Assembly (NCBI GenBank): GCA_030059675.1
Contig: JANVYQ010000001.1
Span: 1 to 64,000, forward strand
Reading direction: 5' to 3'
Length of the DNA: 64,000 nucleotides
DNA from: Candidatus Pelearchaeum maunauluense
GTDB lineage: Archaea; Thermoproteota; Nitrososphaeria_A; Caldarchaeales; Caldarchaeaceae
Position numbers and translations under genes: made by a program
Notes under the pieces: generated by a model
What the model was told of the DNA's origin: nothing
The model's database searches: none
The model's input: only the letters and a program-made list of their open reading frames with translations
Shown here: positions 28,530-39,421 of the stretch, in pieces
Layout: each line of letters starts with the position of its first letter
How positions within the stretch are numbered: position 1 is the first letter of the stretch

Positions 28530-30550
28530 ATGGCGCAAGTTGAGGTAACCGAGGCGCGGCTGGTTGAGGAGCAGCTCCCTGAGTGGGTTAGGGAAGTGAT
28601 AAGGACCGCGCCAGAAGAGCTTGTTGGAGTATGTTATGGAGAGTATCCTGACGTAGAACTGCCTAAGGAGGAGACGTTTCCAAAGCTATTGGCTAAGATG
28701 GCGGAGGGGCGGGGAAACTATACAGCCCTCAGGGAGAAGGAGCACGGGATATGGAAGAGGATAACATGGAGAGAGCTCTTAACCATGTTAGAAACATATC
28801 ACTGGGGCTCCACGCACTAGGCTTTAAGCAGGGAGAAAAGATAACCCTGATAGGGGACAACAGGCCAGAGTGGATGTACACGTTCCTCGGAGCAGAAGCT
28901 GCTGGCGGCATTCCATTCGGGGTATATCAAGACAACCTAGCTGAACAACTACTACCACTCATAAGAAACAGCGACTCAACATGGATATACTGCGAGGACC
29001 AAGAGCAGACTGATAAGGTTCTCTCAATACTGGACGAGCTTCCACAGGTTGAGAAGATAATAGTTGAGGATTGGACAGGGATGTGGCGCTACAGAGACAA
29101 CCCAAAGCTCGTCAGCCTAAGGGAGATTGAGGACATAGGCGCCAGGGTTGCAGAGAAAGAGCCAGGGTTATTCGGCGACATGATAGGCAGGCAGTCTAAA
29201 GATGGTGTGGCATGCTTCGTAACCTCCTCAGGGACTACAGGCGTGCCCAAGTGCGTCATCCTAACCTACGAGAACCTCCTCTTCATGGGGAGCGCCATGA
29301 GGAAGATAGTCCCCATGGGGCCGCGTGATGATTACTTCTCATTCCTCCCCTTCGCCTGGATTGGTGAGATTATGATGGTCTTCTCATGCGGCTTAACAGC
29401 TGGCTTCAGGGTAAACTTCTACGAGGAGCCTGAAACCGTGTGGCGGGACTTCCGCGAGGTAGGGCCGACGATAATGTTCGGCCCACCTAGGATATGGAGG
29501 GACATAGTATCCCAGATACAGGTGAAGATAGCAAACTCAGGGAGAATTCGTAGAACTCTATTTGAGAAAGCCCTCCAGCTGGCGTATAAGCGCGTTGACA
29601 TGGAGTTTAAGCGTGAGCCTGTTCCAACGTTCCTCAAGCTCTCCAACTTATTGGCTTACTGGTTCGTCTTTAGACCAATCCTGGATAAGGTTGGGCTGAA
29701 ACGGATAAGACACGCATACACAGGCGGAGCGCAGGTCTCGGTGGATGACTACAAGTTCCTAAGGGCTATAGGCGTGAATATTAAGCAGATTTACGGCCAG
29801 ACGGAGATCTCTGGAATATCATGCCTGCATAGAGACGGGGACGTTGACCCCTGGACGGCTGGCAAGCCCCTACCGGGCACGGTTATAGCAATAACGCGAA
29901 ACGGAGAGATTATCTCTAAGAGCAGAGCGGTTATGCGCGGCTACTACGACAGGCCAGACTCGCAGGACGTTAGAAACGGCTGGCTATACTCGGCAGACTC
30001 GGGAATGGTTGACAGTAAGGGACATTTGGTCGTCGTTGACAGGATGTCGGATATCATAGTGCTGCAAGACGGGACGCGCGTTCCTCCACAACATATAGAG
30101 AATAGACTCAAGTTCAGCCCATACATACGCGAGGCCTGCATACTAGATCATGGAAGGCCATACGTAACGGCTATACTCAACATACATCCTGAGAATGTGG
30201 GGCAGTGGGCTGAGAATAATAACATACCATATACGGGCTATGTTGACCTTTCTTAGAAGCCGCAGGTATACGAGCTATTAGCGGATGTTGTTAGGCGCGT
30301 GAATAAAGACCTGCCCAGCAATATGAGGATTCGGAAATTCACGATACTATACAAGGAGTTCCACCCAGATGATGACGAGATTACGCGAACTAGGAAGCTG
30401 CGGCGCGGCCTGATACGCGAGAGGTATAAGCCTGTTATAGACGCTCTCTATAGCGACGCGGGCGAGGTCTCATTCCTGGGTGAAGTGAGATATGAAGACG
30501 GTCGCCGCGACACGATAAACGTAACGATGAAAATCGTGAAGGTAGAGTAG
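28530..30550 (+). pseudogene. Long-chain fatty-acid-CoA ligase, frameshift plus in-frame TAG
   Basis: TSSGTTGVPK, YGQTE, ITRTRKLRR; 1-nt deletion near 28775 and DLS*KPQV at 30254-30256. Confidence 0.85.
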
Positions 30551-30611
30551 GGAGATTATATCTGGCTAGTTACGAAGAGCTTATAAGAAAATCAGTAGTA
30601 TATTGTGGTGC

Positions 30612-32378
30612 ATGCTGAGGGCTGAGCAGGCTATAGAGACTTATTGGGCTAGGAAGCTTGAGGAGCTTAGGTCCAAGCGCGGGAAATGCTCCGAGATGTA
30701 TAATTCGGCTTACATGGAGAAGATACGTGAGGCTCTCAGGAGCTGGGAGGACAAGACCCTAAAGCCCTGGCTTGAGGGCTCTTGTGAGAGGAGGAAACGC
30801 TTTGTTAATAGGAGTCAGATGGAGATAAAAACGATATACACGCCGCTTGATGTTGTTCACCAAGATTATCTGGACGAGCTTGGTTTTCCAGGCTCCCCAC
30901 CCATGACGCGCGGCGTGTATCCAAACATGTATCGCGGCAAGGTCTGGACCATGCGTCTCTTCTCAGGCTACGCCACGCCTGAGGAGACGAATAGACGCTT
31001 CAAGTATCTGCTGGAGCATGGCGAGACTGGCCTGAGTATAGCTTTTGACATGCCCACCCTCTATGGCTATGACGCAGACCATCCAAGAGCCAAGGGTGAG
31101 GTGGGTAAGTGTGGCGTTAATGTATCATCACTGGAAGATATGGAGGTTCTCCTAAGCGGCATACCCTTGGATAAGGTGAGCACATCCATGACGATTAACG
31201 CCCCAGCGGCGGTTATCCTAGCGATGTACATAGCTGTGGCTGAGAAGCAGGGGGTGCCGATAAACGTCTTGCGCGGAACGACGCAGACGGATATTTTGAA
31301 GGAGTTTATAGCGCAGAAGGAGTGGGCGTTCCCGCCAGAGGCTCACCTGAGGATAATTAGGGATATGATGGTCTTCTGCACACGTAACATGCCTTACTGG
31401 CATTATATCAGCATAAGCGGCTACCATATACGCGAGGCTGGCGCTACGCCGCTTCAGGAGCTGGCATTCACGCTTGCCGATGGTTTTGCCTATGTTGAGC
31501 TGGGGCTTGAGGCTGGTCTGAAGGTTGACGAGTTCGTCCCGCGCTTCTCATTCTTCTTTGACTGTGGTATAGAGTTCTTTGAGGAGATAGCGAAGTTTAG
31601 GGCTGCGCGGCGCATATGGGCTAAGGTCTTGAAGGAGAAGTATGGCGCTAGAAATCCGCGCTCCCTCATGCTACGCTTCCATACACAGACCTCTGGAGCC
31701 TCGCTAACATGGCAGCAGCCCCTCAATAACATAATACGTACAGCCATAGAAGCGCTGGCAGCGGTGTTGGGTGGAACGCAATCGCTGCACACAAACGCGT
31801 ATGATGAGGCGTGGGCGCTCCCAACGGAGGAAGCGGCGCTCATAGCCCTGAGAACCCAGCAGATAATCGCCGAAGAGACGGGGATAACAGACACAGTAGA
31901 CCCGCTGGCTGGCTCTTACTATATTGAGTGGCTTACCGAGCAGATGGAGGAGGGCGTATATAGGTATCTGGACCAGATTGAGAGGATGGGCGGGATTCTT
32001 GAGGCGATAAAGAGCGGCTGGATACAGCGCGAGATACATGAGAGCGCCTACGCGCATAATATGGCTATGAACAGCGGCGAGATGGTTATCGTTGGTGTGA
32101 ATAAATACGTGCATGAGGGCGAGAAGCCGATTAACATACTCAGGATTGACGAGAAGGTGGAGCTTCACCAGCGCGAGCGCCTCAAACGTCTTCGCGAGAG
32201 ACGGGATACAGCAGCAGTAAAGAATGCCCTTGAAAATCTACGTAAAGTCTTTGAAGACCCCGATGCAAACTGTATGCCAGCGATAATAGATGCTGTAAAG
32301 AAGTATGCTACGCTGGGCGAGATAATGGACGTGGGGCGCGAGGTCTTTGGGACATGGCCGGAGCCCAGAATACTATGA
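30612..32378 (+). CDS. Methylmalonyl-CoA mutase, substrate-binding large subunit
   Basis: [39 protein letters not shown]. Confidence 0.93.
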   Translation: MLRAEQAIETYWARKLEELRSKRGKCSEMYNSAYMEKIREALRSWEDKTLKPWLEGSCERRKRFVNRSQMEIKTIYTPLDVVHQDYLDELGFPGSPPMTRGVYPNMYRGKVWTMRLFSGYATPEETNRRFKYLLEHGETGLSIAFDMPTLYGYDADHPRAKGEVGKCGVNVSSLEDMEVLLSGIPLDKVSTSMTINAPAAVILAMYIAVAEKQGVPINVLRGTTQTDILKEFIAQKEWAFPPEAHLRIIRDMMVFCTRNMPYWHYISISGYHIREAGATPLQELAFTLADGFAYVELGLEAGLKVDEFVPRFSFFFDCGIEFFEEIAKFRAARRIWAKVLKEKYGARNPRSLMLRFHTQTSGASLTWQQPLNNIIRTAIEALAAVLGGTQSLHTNAYDEAWALPTEEAALIALRTQQIIAEETGITDTVDPLAGSYYIEWLTEQMEEGVYRYLDQIERMGGILEAIKSGWIQREIHESAYAHNMAMNSGEMVIVGVNKYVHEGEKPINILRIDEKVELHQRERLKRLRERRDTAAVKNALENLRKVFEDPDANCMPAIIDAVKKYATLGEIMDVGREVFGTWPEPRIL

Positions 32379-32385
32379 TGCGCCC

Positions 32386-33201
32386 ATGTACGTTGAGATT
32401 AGCGCTGGGAGGATAAACACAGTAACAACAGGCGGAGAAGGGCCTGTTGTTGTTTTTCTTCACGGAATACCAACCCATTCCTACCTATGGCGCAACATAA
32501 CAAGCCTACTTCCTAGTTTTAAGACGGTATTGATAGACCTGCTCGGCTATGGTTATTCAGATAAGCCTAGCGATAAGAGCCTCTCGCTGACCTCGCAGGC
32601 TGGCTATGTAGCTGAGGTCTTGTCAAAGCTCGGCGTGGGGTCTGCGCATATAGTTGGGCATGACATAGGCGGCGGAGTAGCCCAGATACTCGCGGTGAGC
32701 AGGCCAGAGCTAGTTAAGTCCCTCATCTTGATAGACTCTGCTGGTCTTGACTACTGGCCCATACCAGAGATAGCGCGGCTGAAAGACCCTGCGTGGGATA
32801 GGATTGTGGAGAGGATAGACCTGCGTGAGGGCTTTATGCGGGGTTTCATGAAGGGGATGGTTAGGAAAGAGAGGGTTAACGACGAGCTGGTGGGCGAGTA
32901 TGTTAGACCCTTCGCAGACTTGGAGGGGAGGCGCGCATACCTGAGGGTTGCACGCGCCCTAGATTTCCGCGACACGATGAAGATAGCCGATGACCTAAAG
33001 AAGCTGGAGAAGCCAGCCCTACTCATCTGGGGAAGCGAAGACGATTACATACCGCCGCGCAGAGGTGAGCAGCTTAAACAAGCAATCAAAGATGCCAAGC
33101 TTATTCTACTCAGCGACGCTGGGCATTTCTCACCAGAAGACCAGCCCGAAGCTATAGCCGCGATAATACGCGGCTACGTAGAGATACTGGAAAGACGATA
33201 A
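32386..33201 (+). CDS. Alpha/beta hydrolase
   Basis: HGIP, GHDIGG (Asp nucleophile), AGHF. Confidence 0.88.
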   Translation: MYVEISAGRINTVTTGGEGPVVVFLHGIPTHSYLWRNITSLLPSFKTVLIDLLGYGYSDKPSDKSLSLTSQAGYVAEVLSKLGVGSAHIVGHDIGGGVAQILAVSRPELVKSLILIDSAGLDYWPIPEIARLKDPAWDRIVERIDLREGFMRGFMKGMVRKERVNDELVGEYVRPFADLEGRRAYLRVARALDFRDTMKIADDLKKLEKPALLIWGSEDDYIPPRRGEQLKQAIKDAKLILLSDAGHFSPEDQPEAIAAIIRGYVEILERR

Positions 33202-33216
33202 CAGCCCTTCCCTCCT

Positions 33217-33828
33217 TTACGCGATGCTGCTTCTCTTCCGCAGCTTCTGCTTAAAAGCCTCTAGACATTCAGGGCTTGAGAAATAGTAGCGGCCACCATC
33301 AATATACTCGACCAAGGGCTTCTCCACAATAAGGGCTTTACAGAAGTCGCACCTCACGTTTAGCGCCATATCCTCGTTGAGCAACGGGCTAGTCTCCTCC
33401 TTGTGCGTGTCCATGACAACTAGACACTCTATATCGTCCAGCCCATCTATATGTGAGAGTTTGTTGGATATGAATGACGTAACCTCATGCAGGCCGTTTA
33501 CCTCTATCACCGCCATCAAGCTGTATTTTCCGCTTACAGCATGTAGTTCGCGCACCTCCTCTATCGCTGCCAGTTTCTCAGCTGTTGATGCTAGAGCCTG
33601 TGGCGCGGCCTTGATAAGAGGCACGGCCCTAGTCTTCTCCAGAAGCTTTGTCCTATCTATGACGGCGGTAAACCTCTTTATCACTCCAAGCTCCTGCAGC
33701 CTTTCCAGACGGGATTTAACGGTTGGAATGCTTACATGAAGTTTCTCCGCTATATCCTTATACTGCGCTCTTCCATCCTCAAGAACAATCTTCAATATCT
33801 CCACGTCAAGCCTATCAAGTTTAACCAT
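33217..33828 (-). CDS. Lrp/AsnC regulator with C-terminal TRASH metal-binding domain
   Basis: HTH-AsnC N terminus; CDFC...YYFSSPEC. Confidence 0.88.
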   Translation of the reverse strand: MVKLDRLDVEILKIVLEDGRAQYKDIAEKLHVSIPTVKSRLERLQELGVIKRFTAVIDRTKLLEKTRAVPLIKAAPQALASTAEKLAAIEEVRELHAVSGKYSLMAVIEVNGLHEVTSFISNKLSHIDGLDDIECLVVMDTHKEETSPLLNEDMALNVRCDFCKALIVEKPLVEYIDGGRYYFSSPECLEAFKQKLRKRSSIA

Positions 33829-33895
33829 GATGCCGAATCCACTAAATCTTTACAATATTCCCAGTAAGATAAAAACATGCACCATGGAAGAAATG

Positions 33896-34609
33896 CTAGC
33901 TCGCGGCTTTCTGCAAGGCGTATCTAAGGAGGGTAGAAGATACTGGGCCATCGCTCCTAAGTATTATTCTCCCATCAGACCCTATCACGAACGTTGTATC
34001 TACGTAGCGGAGTTGATAGAGCTTAGTAAGCCCATAGTTATCCAATACTAGTAGCCATGAGTCAGAGCCGTAGGAATCTATAAAGCGTGTAAGGTCTTTT
34101 CCCGTCTCTGGCGGAGGAGCGCCAGGCTTGTTTAGAAGCCCTAAATCCTTTAGGATGGGCTCCGTCCACATATCCACCACTATCACAACCGTATCCTGGT
34201 CTTGGTTGTCTCTAATTATTGGTCCCACCACAGCGCATGAAGGGCACCAAACAGCCATAAACCACAACACCACTTTCCTCCCTCTAAACTCCGAAAGGGA
34301 AAACTCCTCCCCATCTAATGTGCGAACGGTAAAATCTGGCGCTATCATCCCCTCTTGGGGTCCTTCACCACTTTGTGTCGTGTAGCTCGTTAAGACGGTG
34401 AAAGCATTTGTAGAGCTGCTGGATGTCTGGTTTTGAAATACTACTAACGTCGTGATTATTGCTATTACTACTAGAGCTATTACCGTTCCTGGCACTATTT
34501 TACGGGTTATATAATATTGATAGTGCTTGTTCTTTATGTGCTGTTTTAACGCGCTCTCAGAGTGGAAGGCGCTTCCACATTTTTTACAACGTATTTTCCC
34601 TTTCGTCAT
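33896..34609 (-). CDS. C2H2 zinc finger + TM + thioredoxin-fold redoxin
   Basis: CKKC...HIKNKH, one TM helix, APDFT, WCPSC. Confidence 0.82.
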   Translation of the reverse strand: MTKGKIRCKKCGSAFHSESALKQHIKNKHYQYYITRKIVPGTVIALVVIAIITTLVVFQNQTSSSSTNAFTVLTSYTTQSGEGPQEGMIAPDFTVRTLDGEEFSLSEFRGRKVVLWFMAVWCPSCAVVGPIIRDNQDQDTVVIVVDMWTEPILKDLGLLNKPGAPPPETGKDLTRFIDSYGSDSWLLVLDNYGLTKLYQLRYVDTTFVIGSDGRIILRSDGPVSSTLLRYALQKAAS

Positions 34610-35195
34610 GAATCCTCACGACGTCTCTATAGCTTAGGAAGAGGTTTAAGGCGAGTATAGCCGCGGCCAATATTGTCAGCAACCTGCCGTAGGGGAGGAA
34701 GATACCTGACCATAACCCCCCAGCTCCCACCGCAAACAATAGAGTGAATACCAATCCGCTTCCGCAGCATGAGAAGACGGAGAAGAATGAAGGGATGACT
34801 GCTAGAAATGGTGCTTTATTGTTGGCTCTTCTGCATGTAGCGTGGCGTAATCTATAGGTCATGGCCGCTATGTTCATGCTGAACAACAAAGTAAGGGCAA
34901 CTACAGCCAGACTCGCTTCTAAGTTTATGGAAAACATCCAGTACTTGTCTATATAGATAATTAGCCAGGGAACCTGGCCTATCGGGCCTTCAAGTATAAC
35001 CTCGTAGCTTGGTGTCGGGAAGTCTTCTGGGAGCGGGTTTGGGGATGCGGCTAATATCCCAATACCGAATGCATAGGCTATGAAGAATGCGATAGCCGAC
35101 AGGGCTGCATATACCCTGCATCGCCTAAAACTCATGACAAGCCTTATGAATGATAGGAAGCGAGTAGCGGCGGCCATAGCGTCTGGATGTATCAT
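34584..35195 (-). CDS. Membrane protein with intramembrane Cys-Cys pair (MerT/MerC-like)
   Basis: About four TM segments, FSCCGSG; divergent from merA. Confidence 0.55.
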   Translation of the reverse strand: MIHPDAMAAATRFLSFIRLVMSFRRCRVYAALSAIAFFIAYAFGIGILAASPNPLPEDFPTPSYEVILEGPIGQVPWLIIYIDKYWMFSINLEASLAVVALTLLFSMNIAAMTYRLRHATCRRANNKAPFLAVIPSFFSVFSCCGSGLVFTLLFAVGAGGLWSGIFLPYGRLLTILAAAILALNLFLSYRDVVRIHDERENTL

Positions 35196-35432
35196 AAATA
35201 GATATGCTAGATTAAAATTTCGGCTTAACGACCTAAAGACCTGAAACGTATTTTATTGCGCTCTATTCCTAGAATTAATAAAGCTTGCAGATTAGGAATT
35301 TACTTAATTTAACTGGATTGGCGAGATATTTTGTTGGGTTAATGTTCAGGGTCGGTTATCTTTCTGTTGTTTAACGGTTTTTGTCAAATAGCAGGATAGC
35401 CAGATTATACGTGTTAAGAGTGGTGTGATGTT

Positions 35433-36851
35433 ATGAAGCGTTATGATTATACGATAGTTGGTGGTGGTGCGGCTGGCTTCTCAGCCGCTATCAAGCTCTC
35501 AGAGCTAACTGAGGGTAAGGCGTCAATAGCGTTGGTTAATTATGGGAAGCTCGGCGGCACATGCGTTAACGTTGGCTGCGTCCCCTCAAAATACTTGATA
35601 GAGGCTGCCAAACTTTATCATGAGGGTAGAGAGAGCCGTTTCCCAGGTATAGGGGTATCCACTAGGCTTGATTTCAAGGCCTTGATGAATGACCTTAGAC
35701 GTTTTGTAGCCCAGTTACGTTCAGAGAAGTATGAGCAGGTTTTACAGCATTATGGTAATGTTGAGGTTTTCCACGGTAAGGCCAGCTTCACAAGTAGTGG
35801 AGCGCTCCAAATAGCGGCTGACGGCCAGCAGCTTGAAGTGGGCGCTGAGAAGTATCTAATAGCAACTGGCTCGCGGCCTGTGCCCCCACCCATAGAGGGA
35901 ATAAACAAGGCAGGCTACTTAGATTCTGATAGGATATGGTCTCTTGAGGAGCAGCCAGAGTCTATGCTCGTCATAGGCGCTGGCGCTATAGGGCTTGAAA
36001 TAGGGCAGGCCATGCTGAGGCTTGGAACTAAGATACACCTCGTAGAGGTTATGGACAGAATACTACCAGGCGCCGAGCCTGAAATATCAGATACCTTATA
36101 CAGGGTTCTAAAGCAGGAGGGTATGGATATTCATCTTAAGACGCGGATAGCGCGTATAGCCACTGATAATGGGAGGAAGAGGGTTAGCATACTAACGCAT
36201 GAGGGGGAGAAGTCCATCATTGTTGATGAGGTTTTGGCCGCTGCGGGTAGAAGAGCCAACACAGAGTATCTGAATTTGGATAAAGTCGGCGTAGAGCTTG
36301 ATGGTAGAGGGTTCGTGAAGGTTGATGATGGCATGAGGACATCAAACCCGCGGATATATGCCGCTGGTGATGTAATCTCTAAGAAGCTTATGCTTGAGAC
36401 GCTCTCAGCCCGCGAGGGTGTTGTGGCAGCGATAAACATGACAGGTGGGCACGCCGCTATTGACTACTCAGCGGTACCAGTAGTAACATTCACAGAACCA
36501 CAGGCGGCGTTTGTGGGTATGAGCGAGCAGGAAGTCTCGGAGAAATACGGCGCGTGCTCATGTAGGGTTCTCAAGATGGAGGACGTCCCAAAAGCTAGGA
36601 TAACGCGCAATACTGAGGGGCTCATCAAGATAGTGATACACCCATACACGGGGAAGATAGCTGGGGTACACGCCCTTTCGGCAAACGCGGCAGAGTACAT
36701 AATCGCCGCCGCATATATGCTGAAGACAGGCCAAAGGGTGGAGGATGTCATAGATACGATTCATGTCTTCCCGTCATTCGCCGAGGCCATGAAGCTGGCC
36801 GCGACAGCATTCACAAGGCCAGTTGAGTTCATGCCATGTTGCATGGAATAA
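35433..36851 (+). CDS. merA: Mercuric reductase (no NmerA domain)
   Basis: GGTCVNVGCVPSK, HVFPS, C-terminal MPCC. Confidence 0.9.
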   Translation: MKRYDYTIVGGGAAGFSAAIKLSELTEGKASIALVNYGKLGGTCVNVGCVPSKYLIEAAKLYHEGRESRFPGIGVSTRLDFKALMNDLRRFVAQLRSEKYEQVLQHYGNVEVFHGKASFTSSGALQIAADGQQLEVGAEKYLIATGSRPVPPPIEGINKAGYLDSDRIWSLEEQPESMLVIGAGAIGLEIGQAMLRLGTKIHLVEVMDRILPGAEPEISDTLYRVLKQEGMDIHLKTRIARIATDNGRKRVSILTHEGEKSIIVDEVLAAAGRRANTEYLNLDKVGVELDGRGFVKVDDGMRTSNPRIYAAGDVISKKLMLETLSAREGVVAAINMTGGHAAIDYSAVPVVTFTEPQAAFVGMSEQEVSEKYGACSCRVLKMEDVPKARITRNTEGLIKIVIHPYTGKIAGVHALSANAAEYIIAAAYMLKTGQRVEDVIDTIHVFPSFAEAMKLAATAFTRPVEFMPCCME

Positions 36852-36857
36852 ATAATC

Positions 36858-37013
36858 CTAACTCTCAATACTTTCTTGGGAAAACCTCTCCAGCCTACGA
36901 ATCTCAGCGTATCCAATCTCCGTGTCTCGTTTCTTATAACAGTCAAGATCAGCCGTATGGTCTTGCGACGTCATTAAACGCTCACCCATCGGGAAGAACA
37001 TTAGCTCTTCCTG
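36858..37013 (-). pseudogene. C-terminal half of split hemerythrin-domain gene
   Basis: Manual translation QEELMFFPMGERLMTSQDH...CYKKRD...; completes the HxxxE motif when joined to 39982. Confidence 0.65.
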
Positions 37014-37104
37014 GTCGAAATAATCTGTTAAGTGGAGACTCTAACCATGTTTGTTATGAGTGGTGTTAATGTTTATATAAGTGATTGTATATTAGATTGA
37101 TTGC

Positions 37105-37368
37105 TTGGCTTCTAAGATTCCTTCTTGGATTCAGAAGTTTCTTCTGCCCGAGCTTGAGTCTGTAAAGGGCGAGCTTAAAGCGATTAACACTCGTATAGAG
37201 GAACTTGACAAGAGGATTGAAAGACTTCGTAATGAGATGATAGCCCGGTTCGAAGCTGTAAATAGTCGGATAGACTCTCTTGATAAGAGATTGGATGTTG
37301 CGGAAAGACTTGCAGTAATCGAGGCTAAGCTGAGAGAACATGATGAGATCCTGGAAAAGATAGCATAA
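37105..37368 (+). CDS. Small coiled-coil protein
   Basis: 87 aa with heptad pattern (INTRIEELDKRIERLR...IDSLDKRL). Confidence 0.7.
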   Translation: MASKIPSWIQKFLLPELESVKGELKAINTRIEELDKRIERLRNEMIARFEAVNSRIDSLDKRLDVAERLAVIEAKLREHDEILEKIA

Positions 37369-37506
37369 AACCTAAAACAAGTTATTACTAATTTTCACAT
37401 TATAGATCAATTAAAACCCGCTCTACCAAGTTTCTTATGTTTGGCGTTTATCTGCTTCATTTCTTATGCATGTGGGGTTCCGTTAACTTATTGTTGGTAT
37501 AAGTAT

Positions 37507-37640
37507 AAATTACGTTTTGGGGATATGTGAAGTTTGCGATAGCAAATTTGGGCGAGCGCAGCGAAGCCACATATCCTCCTGCTAAGTGACCCTGATAGGG
37601 GCAAGGTGCGAAGCACCGCAGAGTGCCCGCCGTCGCCACA
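37507..37640. repeat. Palindromic attC-like element with adjacent hairpins
   Basis: GGATATGTG (37521-37529)/CACATATCC (37568-37576), inner TTTGC-GATA-GCAAA, flanking AAATTAC and GCTAAGT, then GGTGC-GAA-GCACC. Confidence 0.5.
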
Positions 37641-37674
37641 TTCACTCATTTCTACCATCTCCTATGAGTTTTAC

Positions 37675-38590
37675 TTGATAATCTTTTCAAGAAAGATGAC
37701 TTTAACAAACAGGAACCGAAATTATAAAACATCTTTATTTTGAAATTTTAACAAAAATAAAAATCTGTGATAATGTTTGCGGTTCAGGGAGTTTTCTGAT
37801 TGCTGCTGGAGATGTTTTACTCAGATTATATAGCAGAGTTCTTAAAATATTAGAAGATAATCTTAGCGATGACAAAGAGGTCAAAGAAGTTTTAAAAGAC
37901 ACCAGGAAATCCCCAACTAGAACCTACTACATTGTTAGGCAAATAATTGTAAACAATCTTTACGGCGTTGACATAATGGAAGGCGCTGTTGAAATTGCTA
38001 AACTAGGATTTTGGCTCTGGTTAATTTCTCAGGTTAATCCAAAAAAAGTTGAGGATAAAAAATTGAAACATTACCAAACTTAGACTTCAACTTAATGGTT
38101 GGTAACACCTTGATAGGATTTGTTAATATCGAAGATGTAGAATCTGATCTTATACCAGTAAGACCTAAGAAAAAGCGGGAAAATCTTAAAACCAAACAAT
38201 ATTTAATAACCACATGGACTGATAAAGAGAAAACAAAATGGTTGAAAGAGCTGGCTAAATAAAAACAAAAATTCAAAACATTGCCTGCACAAGAAGCAGT
38301 TAAATTAAAAGAGGAGCTAAATAAAGATCTAGAAAAAGCAAGAGAAATTTTCAATGAAAAGTTCTACAATATGTTAAAGTCTAAAGGAATTAAGATTTCT
38401 AGGGAAGAATTTTTGAAATTAAAACCTTTCCACTGGGGATTTCGAGTTCTATGAAGTTTTCGCTTTAGAGAAAACAAAAGAAAGAGGGTTTGATATAATG
38501 ATTGGGAATCCTCCATATGGAAATACTTTGAATGAAATTGAAAAAATAACTACAAGGAATATATATAAATTCGAAAGTACTTTCCCGAAC
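37675..38590 (+). pseudogene. Type IIG (Eco57I-like) N6-adenine methyltransferase fragment
   Basis: CDNVCGSGSFL, NNLYGVDI, LPNLDFNLMVGNTL, PFHW, FDIMIGNPPY (38504-38518); interrupted by frameshifts and a stop; AT-rich; boundaries approximate. Confidence 0.82.
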
Positions 38591-38605
38591 AAGGAATCGG
38601 TGCTA

Positions 38606-38691
38606 CCTTCAATTCTCTTTTTGAGGTTCTAGTTAAAACAGTGATTGTCCCGACGAGCGTTATCGTTCTTTCAATTCTCTTTTTGAGATTC
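38606..38691 (-). CRISPR. Mini CRISPR array: 2 repeats, 1 spacer
   Basis: 24-bp CCTTCAATTCTCTTTTTGAGGTTC (38606-38629) and CTTTCAATTCTCTTTTTGAGATTC (38668-38691), 38-bp spacer. Confidence 0.85.
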
Positions 38692-39185
38692 ATGAAGATG
38701 TAAATCCATGTTCGCATGCTGAATTTATTATAACTGAGGAGATCCTTCCTGAGCTTATTGGGGGTTTAAGAAGAGGTGGAGAAGGAGCTTACCTCAAAGT
38801 CGTTAATGAATATTATGAAGAGTTATTGCCTGAGGTCGAAGATAAGGTGAAGAAAACGCAAAACTGTACAGAGAAAGCATTAGATAACCATGAATTCTTT
38901 TACCGCGTTAAAACATACTCTCCTGAAAAAATACTAGGCAGAGAGCTAAGTTGTTTAGCTATCCCTAAATGTTATGCCGATAAAGTGATGCAGCTTAGGG
39001 AGAAAATGAAACGCGAAGATTGTAGAAGAAAGAGAGAGTTATTGGCACGTTTGAAAGGTTACCTCATCTCTGTTCCTCATTATATAATCGAAAATGATGG
39101 AAGATGGGATGAGGAGCTCGGTCTTCCTATCGTCGGCCTTAAACGTTACACATATTCACCGCAAACAGGGCTTGTTAAGGGTTGA
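38692..39185 (+). pseudogene. Probable C-terminal fragment of Cas3 helicase
   Basis: Frame is open from the repeat edge; ends YLISVP...YSPQTGL, typical of Cas3 C termini; cas6 follows. Confidence 0.5.
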
Positions 39186-39421
39186 AGTGATTTTCCCCAC
39201 TATATATTTTGGATGATGTCATAGACTGCTTTCGTAAGGTGAGCGACAGCGTGAATTACGATATTGTAAAGCCATATATGCCCTCTTCCAGTTATTTTTA
39301 TAAGCTCTGTATGCACTTTCACGCCGATGGCTTAAAAGCATATTCTGGATCGCTTATTTAAGGAATTTTTTATTGAAATATCTATGATTCACAGGTAGCT
39401 CTTCAATTCGGGTTTGAGGTC

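Noticed and set aside
37457-37645. 62-aa minus-strand ORF
   Set aside because: Coincides with the palindromic element and is better explained as non-coding structure.
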